From assembly GCA_049599475.1 (NCBI GenBank), contig JBMYOQ010000006.1:53988-117987 (forward strand): a stretch of 64,000 bases of DNA, given 5' to 3'. Shown piece by piece: positions 9,984 through 20,379 of the stretch (position 1 is the stretch's first letter; every line of letters starts with the position of its first letter). Source of the stretch: Opitutales bacterium (GTDB taxonomy: Bacteria > Verrucomicrobiota > Verrucomicrobiia > Opitutales > JABSRG01). The position numbers and the translations under genes were made by a program. The notes below the pieces were generated by a model. The model was not told the origin of the DNA. It saw only the letters and a program-made list of their open reading frames with translations, and searched no databases.

Positions 9984-10131
9984 AGGCTGTCTCAAAAGAG
10001 GTGGCGCCGGATCACCGTATCCGGCATGAGCGCGTTAGCCCAAACGACTAGTGCGACTAAGGTCGAGTCATGCTCACTCGGTGAGCGCGCGCTACCAAAA
10101 ATAGGGATTTATCCGAGTTTTGAGACAACCT
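9984..10131. mobile_element. MITE-like cassette: 14-bp terminal inverted repeats enclosing a REP doublet
   Basis: AGGCTGTCTCAAAA ... TTTTGAGACAACCT (13/14 match). Inside: GGTGGCGCCGGATCACCGTATCCGGC and GCTCACTCGGTGAGCGCGCGCTACC. Confidence 0.6.
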
Positions 10132-10309
10132 GGGCATTGTCCCTCCCAGGTTTACGAAATTAATTTTGCGAAAGAGTCTAAAGCTGCCGGAGCCTACAAG
10201 AATTGGTATTTGTTCACCGGGGGTCTGTAAGGCTCGTTAAATTATGTAGCACGCTAGAGAAAGGCACCGTTCTGTATTTGAGTCCTTGCTCGATGTATTT
10301 GTTGGGTTG

Positions 10310-11842
10310 CTACAAATACTCGAGCAGGTCTGTTGTCGCGATGTGTTTTTCTCCTTTGGTGCGGGCTAGGCGGTCTGCCGCTCGTCCGTGTATGGCGGTT
10401 GCGTAGCTAGCGGCGTGTTCTAGAGCATCTGGGCGAGCCGCTGCGGCACCAGCGACTAAACCTGCTAGAATGTCTCCGCTTCCCCCTCGGGCGAGCACGG
10501 GACTACCAAAAGGAATCAAAGTCGAATCGGATTCTGAGTGGATCCAGGTGCGTGGGCCTTTTTCCACGACAATCCCACCCACTAGAGCTGCGAGCTCTCG
10601 TGGAGGTAGGTCGCCGGATATTCGACTCATTTCGCCTGCGTGGGGTGTGAGTATAGTCCCGGGTCGATTGTCTTTAGATGCGGATGCCGCTTCTATGTTT
10701 TCCTGTTGGAGCGCATCTGCATCGAGGATCAGTGGAATGTCTTCAAGCTCTTCAATCATGGATTGAATTAAGTCCTGGGTGCTTTGGCTGCGGCCCATGC
10801 CGGGACCTATGAGAAGGGATGATGCTCTCGAGATGTGTTTTCGGATGACAGGCATCGCTTGTAGGTCGAGATCTCCTGAGATTGATTCAGGAAGTGGAAC
10901 CCACATAGCTTCGGGAAGTTGTATGGAAGCTTGGATACAAATTGATTCTGGCGCGCAGACAGTTACAAGGCCGACTCCGGAGCGAATCGCGGCCTGAGTA
11001 GCCATGATTAGCGCGCCTGGCATGCGCCGAGAGCCTGCGATCAAAAAGACGTGTCCGAATGTCCTCTTATCGGTATTACATGGTCTGGCAGAAGGTAATA
11101 GGGATTTCGGTGAAAGGACGTGATCAGAATTGGAGTCGTCGGTGTTTTCGAAGAAATCTAGATCGATCATCCTTAACCTGCCGACCTCCCGGCAAGGTGC
11201 GTAGGTAGGCAGAGTTTTTAGAATGCCCGTAGCGTAGGTCAGGTCGCTTCGGAAATGGTTTGTAGAGTAGTTTGCCGATGCCTCGCTTAAGCCGGAAGGC
11301 ATATCGACTGCGACGCGAAGCCGTATAGCGTCCGAGTCGTTTATGAGCGTAATGAGTGCTTCGGGAAACCCGCGAAGGGGCGGCCGGAAACTCATCCCAA
11401 AAATGCCATCTAGCACGATCGGGCACTCAGTGCTTTCGATTGCCTTTTGGAGGGCGTTTTCCCATGCATCCTCGTTGTTTAGATCGATAATTCTGAAGAT
11501 CTCAGCCGTGTTTTGAAGGGTTTCGAAGGCTCTGAATACAGGATCGCTCCATGAGTTGGGATTCCAGCAGCAAAACAAGGAGACGCGACAATCCGGCCAC
11601 GAATCGGCAAAGGCTGAAGCAGCATAAAGTGCATCGCCAGTGTTGTTTCCTTTACCAAGTAGAAGAATGAGGTCGGGTGATTCCTCCTCTTCTATGAAGG
11701 TGTATACGTCTTGCGCGAGGTGCTTGCCGAGTTCGATGCCGGCTCGCCGCATGGCTGCTTCTTCGCGTTCTAAATCGTTGTTGAAAAAAGCGGCCTCGTA
11801 TTGCTGCGCTTCTTTACAGGTCAGGATGGGGAGTCTATGCAT
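10310..11842 (-). CDS. nnr: Bifunctional NAD(P)H-hydrate epimerase/dehydratase
   Basis: GKGNNTGD, DGIFG, AVDMPSG (YjeF-N), then IGPGMG, LDADAL, LTPHAGE, ARGGSGDILAG (dehydratase). Confidence 0.93.
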   Translation of the reverse strand: MHRLPILTCKEAQQYEAAFFNNDLEREEAAMRRAGIELGKHLAQDVYTFIEEEESPDLILLLGKGNNTGDALYAASAFADSWPDCRVSLFCCWNPNSWSDPVFRAFETLQNTAEIFRIIDLNNEDAWENALQKAIESTECPIVLDGIFGMSFRPPLRGFPEALITLINDSDAIRLRVAVDMPSGLSEASANYSTNHFRSDLTYATGILKTLPTYAPCREVGRLRMIDLDFFENTDDSNSDHVLSPKSLLPSARPCNTDKRTFGHVFLIAGSRRMPGALIMATQAAIRSGVGLVTVCAPESICIQASIQLPEAMWVPLPESISGDLDLQAMPVIRKHISRASSLLIGPGMGRSQSTQDLIQSMIEELEDIPLILDADALQQENIEAASASKDNRPGTILTPHAGEMSRISGDLPPRELAALVGGIVVEKGPRTWIHSESDSTLIPFGSPVLARGGSGDILAGLVAGAAAARPDALEHAASYATAIHGRAADRLARTKGEKHIATTDLLEYL

Positions 11843-11867
11843 TTTGTATCGAGTCTATGATACAAAA

Positions 11868-12212
11868 TCATCCAGGAGGCCACTGGAGCGCGCGCCCTCC
11901 GAGTAGGTGGACATGTAGGTGAGGCACTGTTTCACCGCCGTCTTCGCCATTATTGATTACAATGCGAAAGCCATTTTCGAGTCCGAGCTCGGCGGCCACT
12001 TTACGTGCTGTAAGGAGGAGGTGTCCGAGGGTTTCGGCGTCCGTTTCCTCCGCGAGAGCAAGCCGTGGAATGAGTTTTTTTGGAATGACGAGGACGTGAG
12101 TCGGCGCTTGTGGAGAGATATCCCGAATGGCTATGCACTTGTCATCCTCATGGAGAATTGTCGCAGGTATCTCACGCAGAATGATTTTTTCGAAAATCGT
12201 TTTGGCTGACAT
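11868..12212 (-). CDS. Histidine triad (HIT) nucleotide-binding protein
   Basis: VPHLHVHLLGGR...WPPG. Confidence 0.95.
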   Translation of the reverse strand: MSAKTIFEKIILREIPATILHEDDKCIAIRDISPQAPTHVLVIPKKLIPRLALAEETDAETLGHLLLTARKVAAELGLENGFRIVINNGEDGGETVPHLHVHLLGGRALQWPPG

Positions 12213-12277
12213 GACTTGCAGGATGCCTGATTCTATAGGTGCAGATCAATGAAAAATGGAAGCTCCGTCGATTGGGG

Positions 12278-13975
12278 CTATTCTACGTCTGCGCCTAAGA
12301 TAAATAAGGGCACTTCTGTGATACGCTCCTCTACGTCCGCAGGTAATAGCTCGACGGGCGCGGTGCTGGTGACTCCCGCATCTCGGATGGGGGCGACGAC
12401 TCCGATTGTCTTAGAGGATGGCAAACCTTGCACCCATTCTCGGGCGACACCGTCAATTTCGTCCCAAATGAGGTAAATTGGGTCTTTTACCGGGAAATCA
12501 AACCGATAGACCCCTTTACCGATTTCCGTCGCAGCCTCAAAACCGCGGATGAGATCGATCATCATGGCGTAGGTGAAATAGGCAGGCTTGCGTCCGTCTT
12601 GGTTGAATACGACTTCCGACCAGCCATCGACATAGGTCAGAGGGTTGGGGAGGGCGCGATTATCAATGAGGGCGTTGCGCTGATAGTTGGCTTCGAAGTT
12701 TACTTCAGGATTTCCGGCGGCGTAGAAGAAGCTTTTTAGACCGGATGCGAATCCGATGGCGTGTAGTTTCAGGAGGTAGTCTGCCTGAATGCCCATGTGG
12801 TAGGGGGCAAGATTAGTGCCGTCCTCACAGTAGCTCGGATCGGTGTCTCCCGGTGCTTGTAAACCAAGTAGGGGGAAATAATAATAGGGGCCGGATATCT
12901 CGAGGCCCCATATTTCGACATCGGTTTCAGGAGGCATCTTGTCTCTCAGGAATTGCACGGCTTCCTGTAGGAGGTAGGGATCTTCTCGGACGCGGAAATG
13001 AAAATCGACGATGTCTGCCTTGGGGACCGTGTTCCACATCAAGTATTCGAATTTCTCTTCGTAGGCAGCTCGATAATCTTTGTCTGCCTGAGGCGCCGTT
13101 TCTAGCCCTTCGGGGGTGAGGACGCGGTATGTGCAGTCGTCTCCGTTCTCAACGAATCCAGCCCGGACATAGCCCTCCTCGAGCATGTGGGGTTTGGAGG
13201 GATTCATGGCGCCGATAACGATGAATGCTTCCGGGTCTGCGGCCTTGATGACCGCTTTCATTTCATCGAAATGGGCGTCCAGTGTGGGACCATCTGCTAG
13301 AGCGTAAGGAGGCCGCGCAGTTGGGTCTCCGTAGACGTATATGGTGTGTAGCCACTCTTGCTCGATTTGCCAGTGCTTCACCGGATAGTTGGTGATAGCG
13401 TCTTGCAACTCTTCATCAGGGTAAAGGCCGTCTCCCGGAAAGTAGCAATCTGTGGTGTTGCCAGCAATATTTACCAGGCAGCCGTAATCGTCGTCGCCAT
13501 CATATCGCTCGACCATGGCTGATACAAATCGCTTCCACATCTCAAGTTCTTCGCCAGTCGGCAGAATGTAGTCCATGTCATACTCATCACTCGTGAATTT
13601 TGACTGGAGGGTTGCGATTGATTGACGGTCTACGCCATTACGTGCGCTGAAAAGGATAATTTCATCGTACTTTGTGAAGAGGGCTCGAATGCCATTTCGA
13701 GCTCGATCCGGGGATATTGGGATGTCTCCAAATATTTGATAAGCAGTAATGATGTCTCGGTGGTCGATGACCATTCCGAACTCTTCAAACATCGTATCCT
13801 CGAGTGTGCCGCCGGAGTGAATAGCGAAGGGCCCAAAATTTCCAATGCCCTGGAAGGGTTCGCTATCTTGGGCGCTTACCGGCGTGATGTAAAGCGACGC
13901 CGCTGTGAGTATGGCGCCACTTTGGGTAAAACGTTTGAGACAGGATGGCAGTAAACCAGAGAGTTTGTTTTTCAT
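12278..13975 (-). CDS. Secreted clan GH-A-like (GH39-like) glycoside hydrolase fold protein
   Basis: Start moved to MKNKLS (signal peptide ending PVSA). FVSAMVERYDGD, KHWQIEQEW, IKAADPEA, EIWGLEISGP, RKPAYFTY. Confidence 0.55.
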   Translation of the reverse strand: MKNKLSGLLPSCLKRFTQSGAILTAASLYITPVSAQDSEPFQGIGNFGPFAIHSGGTLEDTMFEEFGMVIDHRDIITAYQIFGDIPISPDRARNGIRALFTKYDEIILFSARNGVDRQSIATLQSKFTSDEYDMDYILPTGEELEMWKRFVSAMVERYDGDDDYGCLVNIAGNTTDCYFPGDGLYPDEELQDAITNYPVKHWQIEQEWLHTIYVYGDPTARPPYALADGPTLDAHFDEMKAVIKAADPEAFIVIGAMNPSKPHMLEEGYVRAGFVENGDDCTYRVLTPEGLETAPQADKDYRAAYEEKFEYLMWNTVPKADIVDFHFRVREDPYLLQEAVQFLRDKMPPETDVEIWGLEISGPYYYFPLLGLQAPGDTDPSYCEDGTNLAPYHMGIQADYLLKLHAIGFASGLKSFFYAAGNPEVNFEANYQRNALIDNRALPNPLTYVDGWSEVVFNQDGRKPAYFTYAMMIDLIRGFEAATEIGKGVYRFDFPVKDPIYLIWDEIDGVAREWVQGLPSSKTIGVVAPIRDAGVTSTAPVELLPADVEERITEVPLFILGADVE

Positions 13976-14168
13976 ATTAACGGAAAATGCAGAAAGGCCT
14001 CGAAGATGAGAGTCAGAGCAGGGCGTCGTATAGGGAACTACGCACTTGATACGCCATTTCCAATGAGAATTTTCTGTCCTCAGTGGATATAACAGATTTG
14101 TGACGCTTTTATTAAGTCGATAGGGTTTCTTGACCTCCGCGCAGCCTTGATACCATCTATGGGGTATC

Positions 14169-15392
14169 ATGGTTCGTATTGTATGCGTCGGGTTATTTAG
14201 CCTGCTATTCTTAGTCGCTTGTAAAGAACAGTCATCAGGGGGTGGAGTGGGGCCGGGTCCTACTCAACCTGTGGTTGTATCAGACCAGGGGAGTTCGCTT
14301 CCAAATGAAGGTGGTATCGGAGCAAGTAAATCTTTGAAGATTGGTTTGCATGGATTGCCCAATCCCAACCTGCTGCGCCAGACAGGCGCGGGAGGTTTGC
14401 GAATGATCGTCTCGGATACTGAGCTAAAGCAGATCCTCAGCGGCAAGGGTGGGCCCAAAGCACAGGCGGCCATGAAAATGGTGCAGCAATTACATTCCCA
14501 AGGGGCTCATGTAGTGGTGAGCCTGCGCTTTCCTGACCGAGACGGCCCTGAGAGCACTTCGAGTGTGCGCCCGCGCTTTGACCGAATTCCCAAGGGGCAG
14601 GACCGCACCGAGACGATTCAGTTGGTGCGGCGCTTCTTAAGGCAGGCGGGACCTTTTCTATACGGAGTGCAATTGAATAACGAGCCGGTGGGTGGCCCTG
14701 GGCAATATGCGATGAAGGATATGGACCCTCGTGGAAATGCATGGAGCCCAGCCACCCAATGGTTTATCGATCTAGTGAATGTTATTCGTGAAGAGCGTGC
14801 GAGTAATCGCCGTTTATCTAATCTCAAAATTGTATCGCCGGGCTTTGCGGGAATCGGCGAATATTTGAGAGGGAAGCGTTTTCCGAAAGCCTATTTGGCT
14901 TTCACTGAGGAACTGATCCGGTTTTCAAACGAATATACGGAGCTCTTGGATGTGCATTTACACGTCGAGGATGTTGAGCAAGTCCGCGAAATCGTGGAAT
15001 ACATGCGGAAGCAGTCTTCGCTGCCGTTCATCACTCTTGAGTGGTCGCAGGCGCGCGGTGTCTTTGGATGGATGAAAGAACGGGTCCAAGTGCCTGGCTA
15101 CCGGGGTACAAATGAGGATTTCATTCGTCAGGCTTACAGAAATCCAGTAACACCGGATGTCTGGCGTACCTTCATGGAGTCTTCTCCGCTCGACCCTCAT
15201 TTCGTGAGGGAGAGTTTCCCGATACTGCGTGATGCAGGCTTTGTTTTTGTCTGTTATGGACCATCCATTCAGTATGGGGACCCCCCTTTCGATATGGTCT
15301 GCTTGTTTGCAGCAAAAACAGTAAAATCGTCTGGAGGACGTGTCCCACGCAATGAGTTTTGGTTCGGGCAATATCAGAAGTTAGTGCGCTGA
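14169..15392 (+). CDS. Lipoprotein, putative clan GH-A glycoside hydrolase
   Basis: Lipobox LVAC, LNNEP (acid/base), LDVHLH, FITLEWS (nucleophile). Confidence 0.55.
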   Translation: MVRIVCVGLFSLLFLVACKEQSSGGGVGPGPTQPVVVSDQGSSLPNEGGIGASKSLKIGLHGLPNPNLLRQTGAGGLRMIVSDTELKQILSGKGGPKAQAAMKMVQQLHSQGAHVVVSLRFPDRDGPESTSSVRPRFDRIPKGQDRTETIQLVRRFLRQAGPFLYGVQLNNEPVGGPGQYAMKDMDPRGNAWSPATQWFIDLVNVIREERASNRRLSNLKIVSPGFAGIGEYLRGKRFPKAYLAFTEELIRFSNEYTELLDVHLHVEDVEQVREIVEYMRKQSSLPFITLEWSQARGVFGWMKERVQVPGYRGTNEDFIRQAYRNPVTPDVWRTFMESSPLDPHFVRESFPILRDAGFVFVCYGPSIQYGDPPFDMVCLFAAKTVKSSGGRVPRNEFWFGQYQKLVR

Positions 15393-15610
15393 CCTTTGAT
15401 GAGAGATCGCCCTCATCGGATTCAAATTTTTTAACGATTGAGGTATCTGATTTGCTGCTAGTGTTTACGAGGCTGCGTTGTATTGACTTCCGTGGACTCG
15501 CCCTTTGAAACATCGTTAAATACGTCGTTGCTAAATGTATTTGGCGTTTCAATCGTTTCGGTTCTGCTCTGACTCTTAATTCTCATCTGCAATTCCTATC
15601 CTGACTATAA

Positions 15611-17716
15611 ATGTATACGGACGTTCGATCACTGTTGCGTAGTGTTTTTGCTGCGACAACGGGCCTATTGCTACTTTCAGTGAATCTTCTGAGCCACCCT
15701 GGCCAAGCAGGCAGTGGAGATCCTGGCCAAGCCTTTGGGTTTGCATCTTTCAGTCCTCACGGAGATGAGCTGGAGCGTCTTCTTGAAAAAGGAGGGGTGT
15801 CTTTGGACAGCCAGTCGTTCCCGACGGTGGAAAATGTATTTATCTTCGTCTTAGACGGTCTGCGGGCGAGCGAAGGAATTAACGATCCGGAGCATGCGTT
15901 AATACCCAATATCTGGAATCGGCTCCGACCGCTGGGCACGCTCTATAATAATATCTATACCATGGGGCACTCCGCGACTTCGTCGGGGCACGGTGCAATC
16001 TTGTCGGGAAATACATTATTCATGGGGAATACTGTGATTCCGGAATACGGAGTGGTTCCCCTCTTTCAAAATAACCCGAGCATTTTCCAGTATTTCCGGG
16101 AGCAGACGGGTGCTGCTGCGCGCGAGGCATGGATGATCAATGGTAAGGGGGATATCATCCAGTGGACTGGAGTTTGCAGGAATCCTTATTATCAACGGGA
16201 CTTTGCTCCTTCAGTCGCCTTCAACATTGGCACCCTGGATCACGTCGTTTACGCAGAAGCGCGCAAGATTATCTCGCGGGACAAACCAAAATTGGCCCTG
16301 ATCAATTTTCAAAATGCAGACCTGTCCGCGCACCACAAACTCTGGGATTCCTACGTAGAGAATATTCAAAATGCGGACCAATTGATAGCTAACCTGATCC
16401 AAGCGATCGAATCCTCGGGGCATTACGCGGGCAAAACTGCTTATTTCATTACAACAGATCACGGGCGTCACCTCCCGGATGTATTGACGGGTTACCAAGA
16501 TCACTATGGGAACTGTTCTGGGTGTCGCGAAGTCTTCCTCTTGGCCATTGGCCCGAATATTAAGACTGGCCAAATCGTCACACGGCGTCGCCACTTACGT
16601 GATATTACCCCAACGATTGGTAAGATGATGGGGTTGCAAACACCGCATGTCACCGGCTCTGTCATGGAAGAAATGTTTCAATTTGCTCCGGAGCCAGAAG
16701 AAGCCTCTCTGTATTCTCCAGAGATGGCATCGGGTAACGGTGTTGAGCACTTGGCATTTGTCAGAACCTCCGACGGGTACGACGATATTTATTACCAGCG
16801 GCGATCCGCAGGCACTGAAGCGTGGTCGGGCGCCCAGGTATTGAGCACCGAGAAAGAACTCCTGGCTCCTAAGATCTATGCCGATGGTGACCATGTCGCT
16901 GTAGTGTGGGCGCATTACACGCCTGACGGAGAAAATAAGGTAGTCGTTCGTCAAAGTTTGGACGCCGGTCAGAGCTGGTCTGGTCCGCTCTACCTGGGGA
17001 CTAATGATCCGTTTATTCCTGATTATGCGCCGGATCTAGTTGTCGATGACGGGGATGTCTATGTGGTCTGGGAGAACAATACGCGCAAAATTAATGCAGC
17101 GCAGATTCGCGGTCAGGCGGTTCTCTCGCGGCAAACATTGTCGGATTTCCCTTCCGAGCGCCCAACCTGCGTTAAGACTGAGGAGGGCGTCCTCGCTGTG
17201 TATCGAAAATACGATACTGATTTGGAAAGCTTTAATCTCCGTGCTTGCCGGTTCGAAGATGGAGAATGGTTAGACCCTGTATACGCAGTAAGAACGGATA
17301 AGGATTCTATGCAGCCTGCGGTCGCTAAGACCTCTGAAGGGTTTACGATGGTATGGGCAGAGGAAGGGCATATTTCGAATTACAACGTGCTCGCTTCTGA
17401 TTCTGTAGACGGTGTTACTTGGTCGACTCCTGAAGTCCTAGATGTCGCTACATTCGGTGCATGGCGCCCGGCGATTGAGTCATATGGCGGCCTCACTCAG
17501 GTCGCATTTGAAAGCTACGATGAGAAAGAGCCCACCGTCTGGGCGACATCGCGCACATCTGGTAGCACCTGGGGGTCCCCAGTTTTGGTCCCCGGCGTAT
17601 CTGCAAATTCCGGCTTCCCTACCTTGCATATCGGGGGCGACGGAGCGATGGACCTTGTGGTAACGACTCTCCCCTGGCCCAAGGCTATCGAAGTGATCTC
17701 CTTGGATCAATTATAG
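15611..17716 (+). CDS. Secreted alkaline-phosphatase-superfamily domain fused to an Asp-box (BNR) beta-propeller
   Basis: VLDGLRASE, ATSSGH, ADLSAHH, TTDHG. C-terminal Asp boxes SLDAGQSW and SVDGVTW. Confidence 0.7.
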   Translation: MYTDVRSLLRSVFAATTGLLLLSVNLLSHPGQAGSGDPGQAFGFASFSPHGDELERLLEKGGVSLDSQSFPTVENVFIFVLDGLRASEGINDPEHALIPNIWNRLRPLGTLYNNIYTMGHSATSSGHGAILSGNTLFMGNTVIPEYGVVPLFQNNPSIFQYFREQTGAAAREAWMINGKGDIIQWTGVCRNPYYQRDFAPSVAFNIGTLDHVVYAEARKIISRDKPKLALINFQNADLSAHHKLWDSYVENIQNADQLIANLIQAIESSGHYAGKTAYFITTDHGRHLPDVLTGYQDHYGNCSGCREVFLLAIGPNIKTGQIVTRRRHLRDITPTIGKMMGLQTPHVTGSVMEEMFQFAPEPEEASLYSPEMASGNGVEHLAFVRTSDGYDDIYYQRRSAGTEAWSGAQVLSTEKELLAPKIYADGDHVAVVWAHYTPDGENKVVVRQSLDAGQSWSGPLYLGTNDPFIPDYAPDLVVDDGDVYVVWENNTRKINAAQIRGQAVLSRQTLSDFPSERPTCVKTEEGVLAVYRKYDTDLESFNLRACRFEDGEWLDPVYAVRTDKDSMQPAVAKTSEGFTMVWAEEGHISNYNVLASDSVDGVTWSTPEVLDVATFGAWRPAIESYGGLTQVAFESYDEKEPTVWATSRTSGSTWGSPVLVPGVSANSGFPTLHIGGDGAMDLVVTTLPWPKAIEVISLDQL

Positions 17717-17785
17717 GAAAACGGGAACTCGGGCGTTCCGAGGTGAGCGGCCCCGATCTCGGTGAACCGAAGACTTTGTTTAAAG

Positions 17786-18262
17786 CTATACGAAAAGCAG
17801 GTTAAGCTTTGTGCGTTGCGTGCAATAGTTTAAGGCCAGGTTCTCGATGTATTCGACGGCTTGCTGATAACGCTGTTTGCGCGATTCGGTGAAGTATTTC
17901 CCCTTTGGGCAAATCGAATTACGCAGGCCGACAACGATGAGACTTGCCTCGGGATAGCCCGCTATGCGGCGGAGCTGGTTTACGATCTGGTAGCGAATCC
18001 AGAGTGGATCGTAGTCGTGCTCGCGCAAATCCCAAACAGCGACGCCGTGGGTGTCACTTTTTTGGTCCAGATGCATCTGGATGAGTTCGCGGACTTCCTC
18101 GTCGAAGGGCTTAGCATTGCGCTTAAACGGATTGTCCTGATTTTGCGCGTAGCGCAGGGCGGCGGAAATTTGCTCAGCTTGGTAGGCGTCTGTGCCTGAA
18201 GCTGCTGAGAAGAGCTGATTGATAGTATGAAGTTTGGAGAAGCTGGCGGTGGTGGCATTCAT
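17786..18262 (-). CDS. Hypothetical protein
   Basis: 158-aa ORF with ATG start, co-oriented downstream of nrdR, no recognised motif. Confidence 0.7.
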   Translation of the reverse strand: MNATTASFSKLHTINQLFSAASGTDAYQAEQISAALRYAQNQDNPFKRNAKPFDEEVRELIQMHLDQKSDTHGVAVWDLREHDYDPLWIRYQIVNQLRRIAGYPEASLIVVGLRNSICPKGKYFTESRKQRYQQAVEYIENLALNYCTQRTKLNLLFV

Positions 18263-18348
18263 GACGCAAAGGATTCATATGGAATTATTGGCTGGTTCTA
18301 TTGCTTGTTGAATGACGCGGGGCGCCGTTGCTTCAGGAAACGTTGAGA

Positions 18349-18798
18349 TCAGAGTTCGCTGATTTCCCGACGTAGGTCGGATATTTCCTTAAAATCTTTA
18401 TATACAATAGCAAAACGCACAAATGCAATCTTATCTATACGTTTCAGGTAGGTCATGATCTTCTCTGCGATATCCTTACTGGGAATTTCTAGCACATTCT
18501 CGTTGCGCAGTTGCTCAACTATCTCTGTGACCATCAGGTCTATCTGCTCGGCATCGACCTGAGTCTTCTCAGTGGCCTTGATGATGGATCCGCGGAGTTT
18601 TTCCAAGGAGAAATCTTGGCTGGAGCCATCCGCCTTGCGCACTGGAAGTTCTTGGCTTTCAATAGTTTCGAGCGTTGTGAAGCGGTGCCTACAATCGGGG
18701 TTGAGGCACTCCCTGCGGCGCTTGATCGAGAGATCATTCTTGGCCGTTCGCGAGTCGATCACTTTATCGTTGGTGCTTCCGCAACGTGGGCAGCGCAT
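18349..18798 (-). CDS. nrdR: Transcriptional repressor NrdR
   Basis: MRCPRCG...KVIDSR...IKRRREC...RFTTLE, ATP cone, AFVRFAIVYKDF. Confidence 0.96.
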   Translation of the reverse strand: MRCPRCGSTNDKVIDSRTAKNDLSIKRRRECLNPDCRHRFTTLETIESQELPVRKADGSSQDFSLEKLRGSIIKATEKTQVDAEQIDLMVTEIVEQLRNENVLEIPSKDIAEKIMTYLKRIDKIAFVRFAIVYKDFKEISDLRREISEL

Positions 18799-18828
18799 GA
18801 CGTTCGATGGGGGTAATTCGGAGAGTAT

Positions 18829-19392
18829 CTATTGATTCAGGAAATTCTGGAGCATCTTCATGCCGTTCTCGGTGGCGTAGGATTCCGGGTGAAACTGGAC
18901 CCCGTGTACCTGAAATTCCTTATGTTGGACGGCCATAATGATACCATCTTCAGTCTCAGCGGTGATTTCTAGGCAATCTGGGATGGTTTCGCGTTCAATG
19001 ATAAGTGAATGATATCGGGTCGCGGTCAGGGGCGAGGGGAGTCCGGAGAACAGCCCTTTACCCTCGTGCAGAATAGAAGAAGTCTTGCCATGCATCAGCT
19101 CAGGGGTGCGGATTACATTTCCGCCGAAATGATGACCAATACTCTGATGTCCCAGGCAGACGCCGAGGATCGGCCGCTTCCCGGCGAATTTCTCAATCAT
19201 CGCCAAGCTCACCCCAGCTTCCGTCGGGGTGCATGGGCCAGGAGAAATCAAAATGCGCTCCGGATTGAGCTCCCAGGCTTCTTCCGGCGTAATTTCATTG
19301 TTGCGCACAACCTTCTGCTCAACGCCCAAATCGCCGAAATACTGCACCAAGTTATAGGTGAAGGAGTCGAAATTATCGATAACCAGTAGCAT
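18829..19392 (-). CDS. trpG: Anthranilate/aminodeoxychorismate synthase component II
   Basis: [37 protein letters not shown]. Confidence 0.93.
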   Translation of the reverse strand: MLLVIDNFDSFTYNLVQYFGDLGVEQKVVRNNEITPEEAWELNPERILISPGPCTPTEAGVSLAMIEKFAGKRPILGVCLGHQSIGHHFGGNVIRTPELMHGKTSSILHEGKGLFSGLPSPLTATRYHSLIIERETIPDCLEITAETEDGIIMAVQHKEFQVHGVQFHPESYATENGMKMLQNFLNQ

Positions 19393-19476
19393 GAAGCGTG
19401 TGACAAAAACGTGAAGACGCTCCCGTGGCAACGAAGATTTAAAGGCTAATCAATAATGCGTTATTGTTAATGTCTG

Positions 19477-20379
19477 CTACTTCTCTACTGTGATTTTGCT
19501 ACTGGTCTCGTTGCTTAGCTCGCCTGCCTCAGCATGAAGCGTGATGGTATGGGTGCCCGGGCTCAGTTTTCGTTGGATCAGTTCACCTGTTCCCAGATTC
19601 CCATCTATCGATGATTTCCATGAAAGTTGCCTGGGTCCTAGAGGCGCCCAGGTATCGTGGTGATAGGCTTGTCCCATGAGAAGTAGCTGGCTTCTCTGCG
19701 AAATTGGCAGGTCAGTTAGGTCAGAAGCTATATGGACAATCACTGGTTTGCGCTGCACCTCGAATATTTCACTCGTGGCGCTTGAGTTGTGATAACCATC
19801 TGTTACGACAACTTGTAGCAGGCACTGTTCACTGCCTCTGAGGGTATCACAATCGATCTCGATAGAATTGGCTGATGTGCGGTCCGCGATCCTAGAGAAT
19901 TTCTTGCCTCCGTCACGGCTGAATCGGACGATCGATTCCACTGAGTTATCGCCTTCATAATGGATCTCCCAACCCAATTGGATTTTGCCCGTGGCGACTT
20001 TGGGGATCTCGTTTTTCCAAGAGACTTTAGGGTGATGCTCGGGAACCACTAAAGTTTCAATCACGGCTTCCATGTAGTTGAATTCAATTTTAGCTGTTTC
20101 CTGCTTAAGCGGGATGTGTCCACGCACTGCAAAACCCTCTGCCTTGTGCTTATATCTGCAATAGGGCATTAGTTGTAGTGGTACCTCGGTTATTATATCT
20201 CCTGACTTGGTGATGAGTCGTGCGGTGAGGTCGTTCTTATCCTTATACTCTGTGATCCTCCGAGTTTTCCCGAAAAGTGGAAGGTACCTCAGTGATTTCG
20301 TATCCGAATCGAATTGCCCGATGAATGTCAAATACGGTTGTTCGTGCGTAGAGGAGATTGAACTGTAATGTGTTTTCAT
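19477..20379 (-). CDS. Ig-like domain protein translationally coupled to the upstream metalloprotease
   Basis: ATGA overlap at 20376-20379. Beta-rich, with FSRDGGKKF and LSWKSSIDGNLGTG...GTHTITL. Confidence 0.7.
   Translation of the reverse strand: MKTHYSSISSTHEQPYLTFIGQFDSDTKSLRYLPLFGKTRRITEYKDKNDLTARLITKSGDIITEVPLQLMPYCRYKHKAEGFAVRGHIPLKQETAKIEFNYMEAVIETLVVPEHHPKVSWKNEIPKVATGKIQLGWEIHYEGDNSVESIVRFSRDGGKKFSRIADRTSANSIEIDCDTLRGSEQCLLQVVVTDGYHNSSATSEIFEVQRKPVIVHIASDLTDLPISQRSQLLLMGQAYHHDTWAPLGPRQLSWKSSIDGNLGTGELIQRKLSPGTHTITLHAEAGELSNETSSKITVEK

Noticed and set aside
9744..10163. 139-aa ORF and its apparent paralogue at 44762-45052
   Set aside because: The similarity comes from the shared REP-containing DNA repeat; there is no coding signal.
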